Counted from the first letter of the stretch, positions 9,457 through 22,092 are shown. The stretch is 64,000 nucleotides of DNA from Thermoanaerobaculia bacterium (GCA_049664225.1 JBATEX010000114.1:56351-120350), one strand, 5' to 3'. Numbers and translations: made by a program. Notes: generated by a model not told the origin, from the sequence alone.

Positions 9457-9472
9457 AGCAAGGGGCATGCCA
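9457..9472 (-). promoter_or_regulatory. sigma-54 (-24/-12) promoter for the cytochrome/barrel operon
   Basis: The minus strand reads CTGGCATGCCCCTTGCT, i.e. TGGCAT-N5-TTGC against the consensus TGGCAC-N5-TTGC. It lies about 75 nt upstream of ATG 9381. An NtrC-family activator is encoded just upstream. Confidence 0.6.
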
Positions 9473-9656
9473 GGTCCCGAGGCTCGCTTGGTTGATTGAA
9501 ATGCGAGGATAAATAGCCATTCGTGCATGGGCGTAAAGCCTCTAATTGCTGAGGTTTACCATTCAAAGTGCTGGTGCTCTCGATGAAAACGGAGCGACCT
9601 TGGAGCATGCCCCGAGCCCTCACCACGATCATTAGAAGGCTTGTGGGGCGTTTGGG

Positions 9657-9674
9657 TGGGGAATATTCCCCACT
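9657..9674. promoter_or_regulatory. 18-bp perfect palindrome, candidate enhancer (UAS) for the sigma-54 activator
   Basis: GTGGGGAATATTCCCCAC lies about 200 bp upstream of the sigma-54 -12 element. Confidence 0.45.
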
Positions 9675-9802
9675 TTGGGAGAGCTTGTGCGGAATTTCAC
9701 AAGGTGTGCCGAGGAGATATAGCACTTCTTCGATGGGATCTGGAGAATCCGCCTGAAACGGCAGCTGGGTCGGTATCAGGACAACGACAGAGTTGTCAGG
9801 GG

Positions 9803-10198
9803 TCAAGTCTCGGGTGTCTCACTGCCCTTGACTTTGTACTCGTTGTAGCGCACCAGGCGCTCGAGCTGCTCCTTGAGATCGGAAGCGTGGTAGGGCTTCT
9901 CGATGAAGAAGCAGGAGTGATTCAGGGGGCCGAGGCCGGCCTCTTCGGGGCTGTGAAACACGCAAGATTCAAACAGTACCGGGATTTTCGGCGACCGACC
10001 CTGGCAGAGATCCTGGAACTCTCTCCAGGGAAGGCCGTCGGGGCCGATGTTGGCTATGACGGCCTCGGGCGGCCGTTTCTCGAGGGCCGAGAGAGCGTCG
10101 TCGAAGGTGGAGACCTCTTCGAGATCGACCTGGCCGTCGAGAATTCTCTTGATGATCGAGATCAACAAATGACTGCCGTCGAGGACTAGGAACCGCAT
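9803..10198 (-). CDS. stand-alone CheY-like receiver-domain protein (possibly atypical)
   Basis: I chose the second ATG, which is preceded by GGGAGGG: MRFLVLDGSHLLISIIKRIL...AVIANIGPDGLPW...IPVLFES...IEKPY. This is a receiver fold. By my manual alignment the usual phospho-Asp position appears to be Asn. The ORF-track N-terminal extension overlaps a repeat and was not used. Confidence 0.5.
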   Translation of the reverse strand: MRFLVLDGSHLLISIIKRILDGQVDLEEVSTFDDALSALEKRPPEAVIANIGPDGLPWREFQDLCQGRSPKIPVLFESCVFHSPEEAGLGPLNHSCFFIEKPYHASDLKEQLERLVRYNEYKVKGSETPET

Positions 10199-10286
10199 TT
10201 CGCGCCCTCCCATTTCATGCAGAACGGTCAATACAAGTGCAAGGAATGGGCCAGGTGTGACGCGAGGTCCAAGAGTCGGTGGGGAT

Positions 10287-10328
10287 CCCAGGGGGCTTTC
10301 CTCCCTCCCGGTGCAAGAACCCCCTGAG
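10287..10328. repeat. family B hairpin element (CCAGGGGG / CCCCCTGG stem with a conserved ~24-nt loop), copy 1 (divergent loop)
   Basis: CCCAGGGGGCTTTCCTCCCTCCCGGTGCAAGAACCCCCTGAG. Confidence 0.7.
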
Positions 10329-10480
10329 ATCCCCAACGACACCTGGACCAGATCCTCGTCGTCTGCGCAAGACCCGAGTACGGGAACCGGTGATGTTGCG
10401 CCGTGCACGCCCACCCACCCCGGCCGGCAGAGGCGCCACGGGCGGGGGCAAGCGCAGACCCGACGAAGAATGGTGGTCAT

Positions 10481-10506
10481 CCAGGACCCAGGACCCAGGC
10501 CCCAAG
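10481..10506. repeat. short tandem repeat (CCAGGAC) 3 times, same heptamer family as 14877
   Basis: CCAGGACCCAGGACCCAGGCCCCAAG, adjacent to the family-C fragment GGCGGGGGCAAGC at 10441-10454. Confidence 0.7.
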
Positions 10507-10518
10507 ACGGGTGGGGCG

Positions 10519-11880
<1,362 letters not shown>

Positions 11881-11887
11881 GGGCTAA

Positions 11888-13573
11888 TCAAGCGGGGTCG
11901 TTTCCCGGGAGCGCCGGTTCTGTGAGTTCTGACTCGTCAAGTGCATCGCTGTCTGATGTCGGTGCCGGCTCTTCACCCTCTTCCCCTGGAAGGATCAAGT
12001 AGAAGTTCGTTCCCTTGCCGACTTCGGAATCGACTTGCAGCGTACCACCGTGCTGCTCCACGAGGCTCCGAGCGATGGCCAGTCCGAGGCCTGTCCCTGA
12101 GAACTTGGTGGAGAAGAAGGGCTCGAATACACGCTTGAGCTGTTCGGGTGGGATGCCGGGGCCGTCGTCTTGCACCGCCAGCACGATGCCGCCGCCTTCT
12201 GGGAAGCCGCTAGCACGAACCGTGACGGCCCCACCGTCCTCCATGGCTTCGGCGGCGTTCTGGATGAGGTTGAGGAGCACCTGCCGAATCTTCGAGCCGT
12301 CGATCTGGGCCTCCAGGGGGCCTTCGGTTAGATCGAGCTCCAGGGCCACGTTCTGGCGTCGCAAACCGGGGGCCATGAGGATGCGGACGTCGTCCAACAG
12401 CTTGTTGAGATCGGTTTTCGCCAAGCGGGCCGGGCCGGGTCGTGCCGAGCCGAGCAGGCTGCGCAGCGTCCCATTGACCCGCTTCAGCTCGCTCAGCATC
12501 TCGTCGTACAGCTCTTTGTTGGAGTCGCTTACCGATGGTTCTTCCCGCAAGATCTCCAGTGCACCCTGAATTCCGGCCAGGGGATTCTTGATTTCATGGG
12601 CAAGACCGGCCGCCAGGCTGCCGAGGCTCGCCAGCTGGTCAGTGTGGGCCAGTTTGGTAGCTACCTCCGCTTGCCGGCGACGCTGCCGCTGCAGGAACTG
12701 CTGGAGGGAGCGCTGGAGCTCCGCCGAATGGGGGTCGAGGACCAGCCGGTGGGCTCCGGAGGCCGGTCCCTCGCCCGACTCGGCGGCGGCCAGTTCCTCT
12801 TCGAATTTGCTGGAGAAACGTTGCACGGATCGCCTAACCAGGGCGTTGATGCCGCCCAGGGCCGCTGCCCAGGCCAGCAGGAGGAGTCCGACATTACGCC
12901 GCGAGTGCTTTCGGACCGTTTGGAGAGCGTTGGTGACGTCCATGCTCATGGAGGCGACGGCAAGCGTTTCACCAGCGGAGTGGCAGCGCACGCACTGCTC
13001 CGTGGAAATCACTTTGCTAATACCCCGCACCCTTTCGCGATCTCCCTCTGCACTGAGCCACACCTCCTGCAAGCGTGGGCTGGGAATGAACTCCTGCACG
13101 ACCTCGAGCTCTGGGACCGTGATTCCGGTGGCGGCTCCAATTGTCCTTCCGTCAGGAAACATCAGTTTGAGATTCATGCCCTGGTGGCCGGCCAGAACCG
13201 CCTCGAACATGTGGCGGACACCGCCGCCACGGGTGTGTGCAACGGCGATCTGGTTGAGTTCTCGAGTCGCGATATTCAGTCTTCCTTCGGCTGTTTCGCG
13301 AGCCAGGCCCACGACTTCCATCTCCGTGATGCGGACCGTCGCGAAGTAGAGAATCCAAAAGGCGAACAGGTGCAGGGGCAGAGTGATCAGCCAGAAGCGC
13401 CCACGGCGAGCCATGAAAGCGCGGAACCGGGCCCGCCTACCGGGCCTGCTCAGGACCTCCACAGGTCCATCGGAAGAGTCGATCTCGGGGAGTTCCCCGT
13501 TGGTCTCTTCGCTGCCGGCAACGCCAGGCTCGATCGCTCCTTCGATGGGTCCCTCGGATTCCTGCGATGTCAT
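11888..13573 (-). CDS. sensor histidine kinase with a periplasmic CxxCH (haem-c) sensor domain
   Basis: TM1 FWLITLPLHLFAFWILYFATV. A periplasmic segment of about 170 aa contains CVRCH (nt ~12980-12994). TM2 VGLLLLAWAAALGGINALV. H-box LAHEIKNPLAGIQ. HATPase motif GTGLGLAIARSLVEQHGGTL. The start is ambiguous (M at 13573 or 13414). Confidence 0.85.
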   Translation of the reverse strand: MTSQESEGPIEGAIEPGVAGSEETNGELPEIDSSDGPVEVLSRPGRRARFRAFMARRGRFWLITLPLHLFAFWILYFATVRITEMEVVGLARETAEGRLNIATRELNQIAVAHTRGGGVRHMFEAVLAGHQGMNLKLMFPDGRTIGAATGITVPELEVVQEFIPSPRLQEVWLSAEGDRERVRGISKVISTEQCVRCHSAGETLAVASMSMDVTNALQTVRKHSRRNVGLLLLAWAAALGGINALVRRSVQRFSSKFEEELAAAESGEGPASGAHRLVLDPHSAELQRSLQQFLQRQRRRQAEVATKLAHTDQLASLGSLAAGLAHEIKNPLAGIQGALEILREEPSVSDSNKELYDEMLSELKRVNGTLRSLLGSARPGPARLAKTDLNKLLDDVRILMAPGLRRQNVALELDLTEGPLEAQIDGSKIRQVLLNLIQNAAEAMEDGGAVTVRASGFPEGGGIVLAVQDDGPGIPPEQLKRVFEPFFSTKFSGTGLGLAIARSLVEQHGGTLQVDSEVGKGTNFYLILPGEEGEEPAPTSDSDALDESELTEPALPGNDPA

Positions 13574-13604
13574 TCGGCTCGGGTGACCTCGGCTTGAATT
13601 CCGG

Positions 13605-14423
13605 CTAGGTGGTCTTATTGCCCCTGAGCGCCATGAAGACCAGGAGAATGCCCACGCCGATGACAATCAGGCCTGGAACCAGCCAGGGAGACACTCCCTC
13701 GGATGGAGGTGGTCCGGCCTGGCTTGCAGCTCCACTGGTAGGCACTGACGCAGGAGACTGGAAGGTCTGAGCTGGTGTCTGTGGAACAGCCGATTGCATG
13801 GCGTTCGCAGTGAGCATCGGGGAACTCTTCGTGTAGTCGATTTCGATCGCGAAGGTCTGGTCGACGGCTGCCGGGCCGAGGTCTCCGCGTTGATAGATGA
13901 GGCCGTCGTTGGCCAGGGCGGGTGCGCTGCTAGCGGGCTGCACCACGAAACCGGTAGCGCCGATCGGTTGCATGACCTCGAACAGGACGCGATCTGCTGC
14001 CAAGCCCCCAGGCCATTCGAAGTGGTAGTGGCGGTTCTCGTTGCCCAAATCGAGGGGTATGTAGTACTCGAGGCGAATCTCGGGAGCGTCGGTCGAGATG
14101 TAGACCGTGCTCATAGGGTCGCCGGCTTCCAGCATGGACTGGGCGACAAGCAGATCGCCCCCTGGGAACCTCTTTGCCACGGCGCTCGGACTCCCTGCCG
14201 CGGCTGGAATCGGCAACGGTACCGAGGTCGGAAGTGGGGTGTCTGGCGAGAGAAAGCCCCGAAGCATCACGAGCACCGAAGGCTGGTCGTACTCCGGCCA
14301 GATGGAGATCTCCAGGCGCTCGAGGCGCGGCGTGGCCGGTGCAGGCGCTTCCTGGGCGGAAGCAATGCCTGCCGAGGTCAAGAGTAGGACAAGGAAGGCG
14401 AGAGTCGTTGGCCTGGTCTTCAT
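13605..14423 (-). CDS. secreted protein with a C-terminal membrane anchor, function unknown
   Basis: Internal-Met start with signal peptide MKTRPTTLAFLVLLLTSAGIASA|Q. C-terminal helix WLVPGLIVIGVGILLVFMAL. It sits immediately upstream of, and overlaps, the kinase gene. Confidence 0.45.
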   Translation of the reverse strand: MKTRPTTLAFLVLLLTSAGIASAQEAPAPATPRLERLEISIWPEYDQPSVLVMLRGFLSPDTPLPTSVPLPIPAAAGSPSAVAKRFPGGDLLVAQSMLEAGDPMSTVYISTDAPEIRLEYYIPLDLGNENRHYHFEWPGGLAADRVLFEVMQPIGATGFVVQPASSAPALANDGLIYQRGDLGPAAVDQTFAIEIDYTKSSPMLTANAMQSAVPQTPAQTFQSPASVPTSGAASQAGPPPSEGVSPWLVPGLIVIGVGILLVFMALRGNKTT

Positions 14424-14509
14424 CGCTTGTGCAATCTCCGCCCGGCCGGCAGGGGCGCCGGCCGCGTCAATCATAGTGTGAATCATGGATAACGATGCCG
14501 GTCGTTTCA

Positions 14510-14640
14510 GGCGGGCGGGGGCAAGGCCCGCCCCTACACTGTGAGTCGTAAGTTGTACCTCACCCTTTCACTACAACCTGATGTAGGGGCGCCCCTTGCG
14601 GGCGCCCGAGGGAGGGGGGCACCCTCCCCTACGTATCCCT
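14510..14640. repeat. family C-related hairpin elements (partial copy and variant copy)
   Basis: GGCGGGCGGGGGCAAGGCCCGCCCCTACACTG at 14510-14545. GTAGGGGCGCCCCTTGCGGGCGCCCGAGGGAGGGGGGCACCCTCCCCTAC at 14583-14632. A further fragment GGGCGGGGGCAAGCCCCGCCCCTACA lies at 14839-14864. Confidence 0.6.
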
Positions 14641-14823
14641 TCGCGCGATTCTAGCGACCAACAGGCCCACGAACCAAGCGACAGTTAGCCATACGAACAT
14701 CCATTCCAGAACGTGGCTGGGCTCATCTCCTGTCGTGATGTCATCCAGAGCCGCATAGCAGAGGACCAGAAGGGCGATGGAGATCGTGATGGTGAGGAAC
14801 CGTTTCATAGACACCGCCAACAA
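14629..14823 (-). CDS. small two-TM membrane protein (hypothetical)
   Basis: The 64-aa ORF has two hydrophobic helices and is flanked on both sides by family-C structured repeats. Coding status is uncertain. Confidence 0.3.
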   Translation of the reverse strand: MLAVSMKRFLTITISIALLVLCYAALDDITTGDEPSHVLEWMFVWLTVAWFVGLLVARIARRDT

Positions 14824-14876
14824 CGATGCATCACCAAGGGCGGGGGCAAGCCCCGCCCCTACATTCGATGATGTTT

Positions 14877-14960
14877 ACCCAGGACCCAGGACCCAGGACC
14901 CAGGACCCGGGACCCAAGCCCCTGCGCCCCTAAGCCCTTGAGCCCCTACGCCCTGCTTCT
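14877..14960. repeat. short tandem repeat array: (ACCCAGG) about 6 times, then CCCCTNNG octamer variants
   Basis: ACCCAGGACCCAGGACCCAGGACCCAGGACCCGGGACCCAAG, then CCCCTGCGCCCCTAAGCCCTTGAGCCCCTACGCCCTG. Confidence 0.8.
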
Positions 14961-15957
14961 AGAGCTCCGCTTTCCAGGACTTGAGGATGTCCATGTAGTT
15001 GGCGCGCTCGTAGGCGCCGGGGTCGGGGCTGCGGCTGAGGTTCATCGAGCCCTTGGCCTGGGCCAGGGAGTCGTAGTCGTGGTCGATGAGCCACTGGGCC
15101 AGCTCGCGGCGCACGATGCGAAGGTAGTCGGGGCCGTGCTTGAGCAGGGCCGAGACCATCTGCACGGCGTCGGCACCGGTCATGATGGCTTTGACCGCGT
15201 CGATCTCGCCATGCACGCCGCCGCTGACCGCGAAGGAGCAGTCCAACTGCCCCGAGAGGATCGCCAGCCAGCGCAGTCGAAGGAGCAGTGCCGATGAGGT
15301 GGAAAGGACCAGGGTCCTCTGGACCTCCAGCTCTTCGACGTCGATGTCCGCCTGGTAGAAGCGGTTGAAAAGCACCAGGCCATCCGCCCCGGCATCCACC
15401 AGGCGCTTGCCGAAGTTGGCGAGCGAGGTGTAGTAGGCGGAGAGCTTGACCGCCACCGGGATCGAGATCTGTTGCTTGACCTCGGCGACGATCTCGACGA
15501 AGCGCTGCTCGAGCTCGGCACCGCTCTCGTTCGGGTCCGTGGCCAGGTGGTAGACGTTCAATTCCAGGGCGTTGGCGCCAGTCTCCTCGATGAGGCCGGC
15601 GTACTCCAGCCAGCGGCCCTTGGTGGTGCCGTTGAGGGAGCCGATGACGGGGACCTTGACGGCCTCCACGACCCTCCGCAACTTGTTCAGGTACTCGTCG
15701 GGGCCATAGGGTAGCGAGTCGGGCTCTGGAAAGTACGACAGCGCTTCGGCGAAGGAGTTGGCCGGATCTTCCGTCAGGCGGGAAGCGGCGATCTCCTCGT
15801 GCGCGATCTGCTCTTCGAAGAGCGAGTTCATGCAGATGGCGGCGGCGCCGGCGTCCTCCAGCTGCTTCACGGTGTCCAGATCGTCCACCATGGGGGAGGC
15901 CCCGGGCATGAAGGGGTGGGGCAGGTCAAAACCTAGGTATCGAGTCGACAGGTCCAT
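14959..15957 (-). CDS. dihydroorotate dehydrogenase-like (PyrD/DHPD family) TIM-barrel flavoprotein
   Basis: N-terminus ...LGFDLPHPFMPGASPMVDD... resembles the PyrD-class motif. It also has ...IPVAVKLSAYY...GADGLVLFNRF. Confidence 0.55.
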   Translation of the reverse strand: MDLSTRYLGFDLPHPFMPGASPMVDDLDTVKQLEDAGAAAICMNSLFEEQIAHEEIAASRLTEDPANSFAEALSYFPEPDSLPYGPDEYLNKLRRVVEAVKVPVIGSLNGTTKGRWLEYAGLIEETGANALELNVYHLATDPNESGAELEQRFVEIVAEVKQQISIPVAVKLSAYYTSLANFGKRLVDAGADGLVLFNRFYQADIDVEELEVQRTLVLSTSSALLLRLRWLAILSGQLDCSFAVSGGVHGEIDAVKAIMTGADAVQMVSALLKHGPDYLRIVRRELAQWLIDHDYDSLAQAKGSMNLSRSPDPGAYERANYMDILKSWKAEL

Positions 15958-15969
15958 GGCTGCTCTCTC

Positions 15970-19557
<3,588 letters not shown>

Positions 19558-19825
19558 GATGAGTCGTTCCTTGTCGAAAAGCGCGGGTCGCGAGTCTTGT
19601 GGGCGTAGAGGCGTAGGGGCTTGGGGGCATCGGGCCCCGCCTTGCGATTGCCAGGCTAGCAGTAGGCACAGGGGCAGCCTACACCCAGGTGGGTGGACCC
19701 GGGGGCGAGAATGCCCCACCCTCAAGGGTGGGTGTGAGGCTACCCTTCTGCCTCTGGCACTGCTGCGGGGTCAGAGCAATGATTGGATGGGGTATTCTCT
19801 TGGCAGCACCAAAAGGGGAACCAAA

Positions 19826-21151
19826 ATGCGCAAGAAACGCGATCCGCTACCGCCGAAATACGAGGGAATGCACCCCGAAAGCCTGATGATGAGCTACGGC
19901 TACGTGCCGGCCTGGTCGGAAGGCTCGGTCAAGCCGCCCATCTTCCAGACCTCGACGTTCGCCTTCCAGAGCGCCGAGGAAGGAAAGGAGTTCTTCCAGT
20001 GGGCCTATGGCCTCAAGGAGAAGGACCCCGACAAACCGATGGGGTTGATCTACAGCCGCCTCAACAACCCCGATCTGGAGATTCTCGAGGAGCGCCTCAA
20101 GCTGTGGGACGAGGCGGAAGCCAGCGCCGTATTTTCGTCAGGCATGTCGGCGATCTCGACCTCGCTGTTAGCGCTCGTGCCGATCGGCGAAGCGGTGGTC
20201 TTCTCGCGACCGGTGTATGGCGGCACCGATCTGCTGCTGGAGACGATCCTGCCCGAGCGGGGCATCGTGACCAGGGAGTTCAGGGCCCGCTCCGAACCCG
20301 AGGTCGTCGACGCCATTTGTCAGGAGCTCGAGGAGGCGGGAACTCCCGCCAAAGTGATCTTCATCGAGACGCCGGCGAACCCGACGATGTGCATGACCGA
20401 CATCGGAGGGATGGCTGAAGTGGCTCATCGCCACGGAGCGCTCTGCCTGGTGGACAACACCTTCATGGGGCCGCTCTATCAGAAGCCTCTCAAGCACGGC
20501 GCGGACCTGGTGCTGTACTCGGCGACCAAGTACCTGGGAGGACACAGCGACCTGGTGGCCGGTGTCGCCTTGGGCTCGTGTGAGCTGGTCGAGCGTGTCA
20601 AACTTTATCGCACGATCCTCGGCACCATGTTGGAGCCCTTCTCGGCCTGGCTACTCATGCGCTCGCTCGAAACGGCGAAGCTGCGCATCACCTGCGCGCG
20701 CAAGAACGCGGAGAAGATCGCGGCCTGGCTCGCGAAGCACCCGCGGATCGAAAAGGTCCACTTTCCGGGCATGCCGGACACCCCGCGCCAGAAGGAGATC
20801 TACGAAAAGCAGTGCACCGGCCCTGGTGGCATGGTGGCTTTTGAGCTCCAGGATGCCGGAGAGAAGGAGGCGTTTCGATTCCTCAACAACATCAAGCTGG
20901 CCAAGCTGGCGGTGAGCCTGGGTGGCACCGAGTCGCTGGTCGAGCATCCGGCCACGATGACTCACGCCGATGTGCCGGTGGAGGAGCAAGAGGCGATCGG
21001 CATCACGCCGGCGTTGGTGCGGCTGTCGGTGGGTATCGAGCATCCGGACGACCTCATCCAGTGCCTGTCCTACGCCCTCGATCAGATCGACGTCGAAGAG
21101 GACGATGAAACCGAGGTGGCGGTCATGAATCTCGAAGAGGAATCGAGCTAG
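19826..21151 (+). CDS. PLP-dependent Cys/Met-metabolism enzyme (methionine gamma-lyase / cystathionine gamma-synthase family)
   Basis: YSRLNNPDLEILEERL... and the PLP-lysine region SATKYLGGHSDLVAGV. Start MRKKRDPLPP at 19826 (the track start at 19523 is an upstream extension). Confidence 0.85.
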   Translation: MRKKRDPLPPKYEGMHPESLMMSYGYVPAWSEGSVKPPIFQTSTFAFQSAEEGKEFFQWAYGLKEKDPDKPMGLIYSRLNNPDLEILEERLKLWDEAEASAVFSSGMSAISTSLLALVPIGEAVVFSRPVYGGTDLLLETILPERGIVTREFRARSEPEVVDAICQELEEAGTPAKVIFIETPANPTMCMTDIGGMAEVAHRHGALCLVDNTFMGPLYQKPLKHGADLVLYSATKYLGGHSDLVAGVALGSCELVERVKLYRTILGTMLEPFSAWLLMRSLETAKLRITCARKNAEKIAAWLAKHPRIEKVHFPGMPDTPRQKEIYEKQCTGPGGMVAFELQDAGEKEAFRFLNNIKLAKLAVSLGGTESLVEHPATMTHADVPVEEQEAIGITPALVRLSVGIEHPDDLIQCLSYALDQIDVEEDDETEVAVMNLEEESS

Positions 21152-21177
21152 CGGACAGAGAGGAGGAGACGAGGAAG

Positions 21178-22092
21178 ATGCAGGTAAAGACCGTTCTCTG
21201 CCCGGTGGACTTCAGTCCGATCTCACTGCGGAACCTGCGCATGGCGGTGGAGGTCTGCAAGCGGGTCGGGGCTCGCCTGGTGATTCATCACAATCTCGAC
21301 GTGCGGCCTCCGGGATTCCTGTCGGTGGCGTGGATGTGGTCGGAAGATCACGAGGCTGGAGAGGAAGAGAAGGCGGCGCAGGTGCCGGCTCAGCTCCAGG
21401 AGCTTTTCAATCTGATTCCCAAGGGCGTGGAGTACGAGGCCAAGATCACCCGGGGACCGTTGGAGGAGACATTGCTTTTCGTTGCGCGCGGATTGCCGGC
21501 GGATCTCATCGTCATGGGGAGCCACGGCAAGAGCGGCTCGGAGCACGATTCCCTGACCGAGAAGATCATCATCAATGCTCCCTGCTCGGTGCTGACCATC
21601 GGCGAGAGCTATGTCCCAGAGGCGGTCTTCGATGCCGAGGACAACGCTCCGGCCGACGAGTTGATCATGCTCGTGCCCGTGGACTTCACGCCTCAGGGGC
21701 TCGGGGTCTTGGGTGCCGCTATCGATCTCGCGAACGATATGCCTCACCGCATCGAGGTCCTGCACGTTGTCCCACAGACCGGAACCGGGGACGCGGCGCA
21801 CGAGGAGCGGGAGGTGGAGGCTGCCCGACAGCGCCTGCAGCGCCTGATCCCAGACTCCCTGGCTGGCCAGGTGGCGGTCCAGGTGAAGATCGGCGGCCCC
21901 GCCGAGACGGTCCTGGCGATGGCCAAGGAGCTCGATGCCCTGTGCGTCATCATGGGGGCCCACGGCAAGGGGATGGTGAAGCGATTTCTCTTCGGCACCA
22001 CGACCATGACCATTCTGCATGGCGCCGGTTGCCCGGTGTGGTTCGTGCCGCAGGCCTTGACGAGGAAGCTACCGGGAGTCGCCGGTAGCTAG
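21178..22092 (+). CDS. universal stress protein, tandem UspA domains
   Basis: Two USP-like halves (VLCPVDFSP..., LIVMGSHGKSGSE..., second half MLVPVDFTP...VIMGAHGKG). Confidence 0.85.
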   Translation: MQVKTVLCPVDFSPISLRNLRMAVEVCKRVGARLVIHHNLDVRPPGFLSVAWMWSEDHEAGEEEKAAQVPAQLQELFNLIPKGVEYEAKITRGPLEETLLFVARGLPADLIVMGSHGKSGSEHDSLTEKIIINAPCSVLTIGESYVPEAVFDAEDNAPADELIMLVPVDFTPQGLGVLGAAIDLANDMPHRIEVLHVVPQTGTGDAAHEEREVEAARQRLQRLIPDSLAGQVAVQVKIGGPAETVLAMAKELDALCVIMGAHGKGMVKRFLFGTTTMTILHGAGCPVWFVPQALTRKLPGVAGS

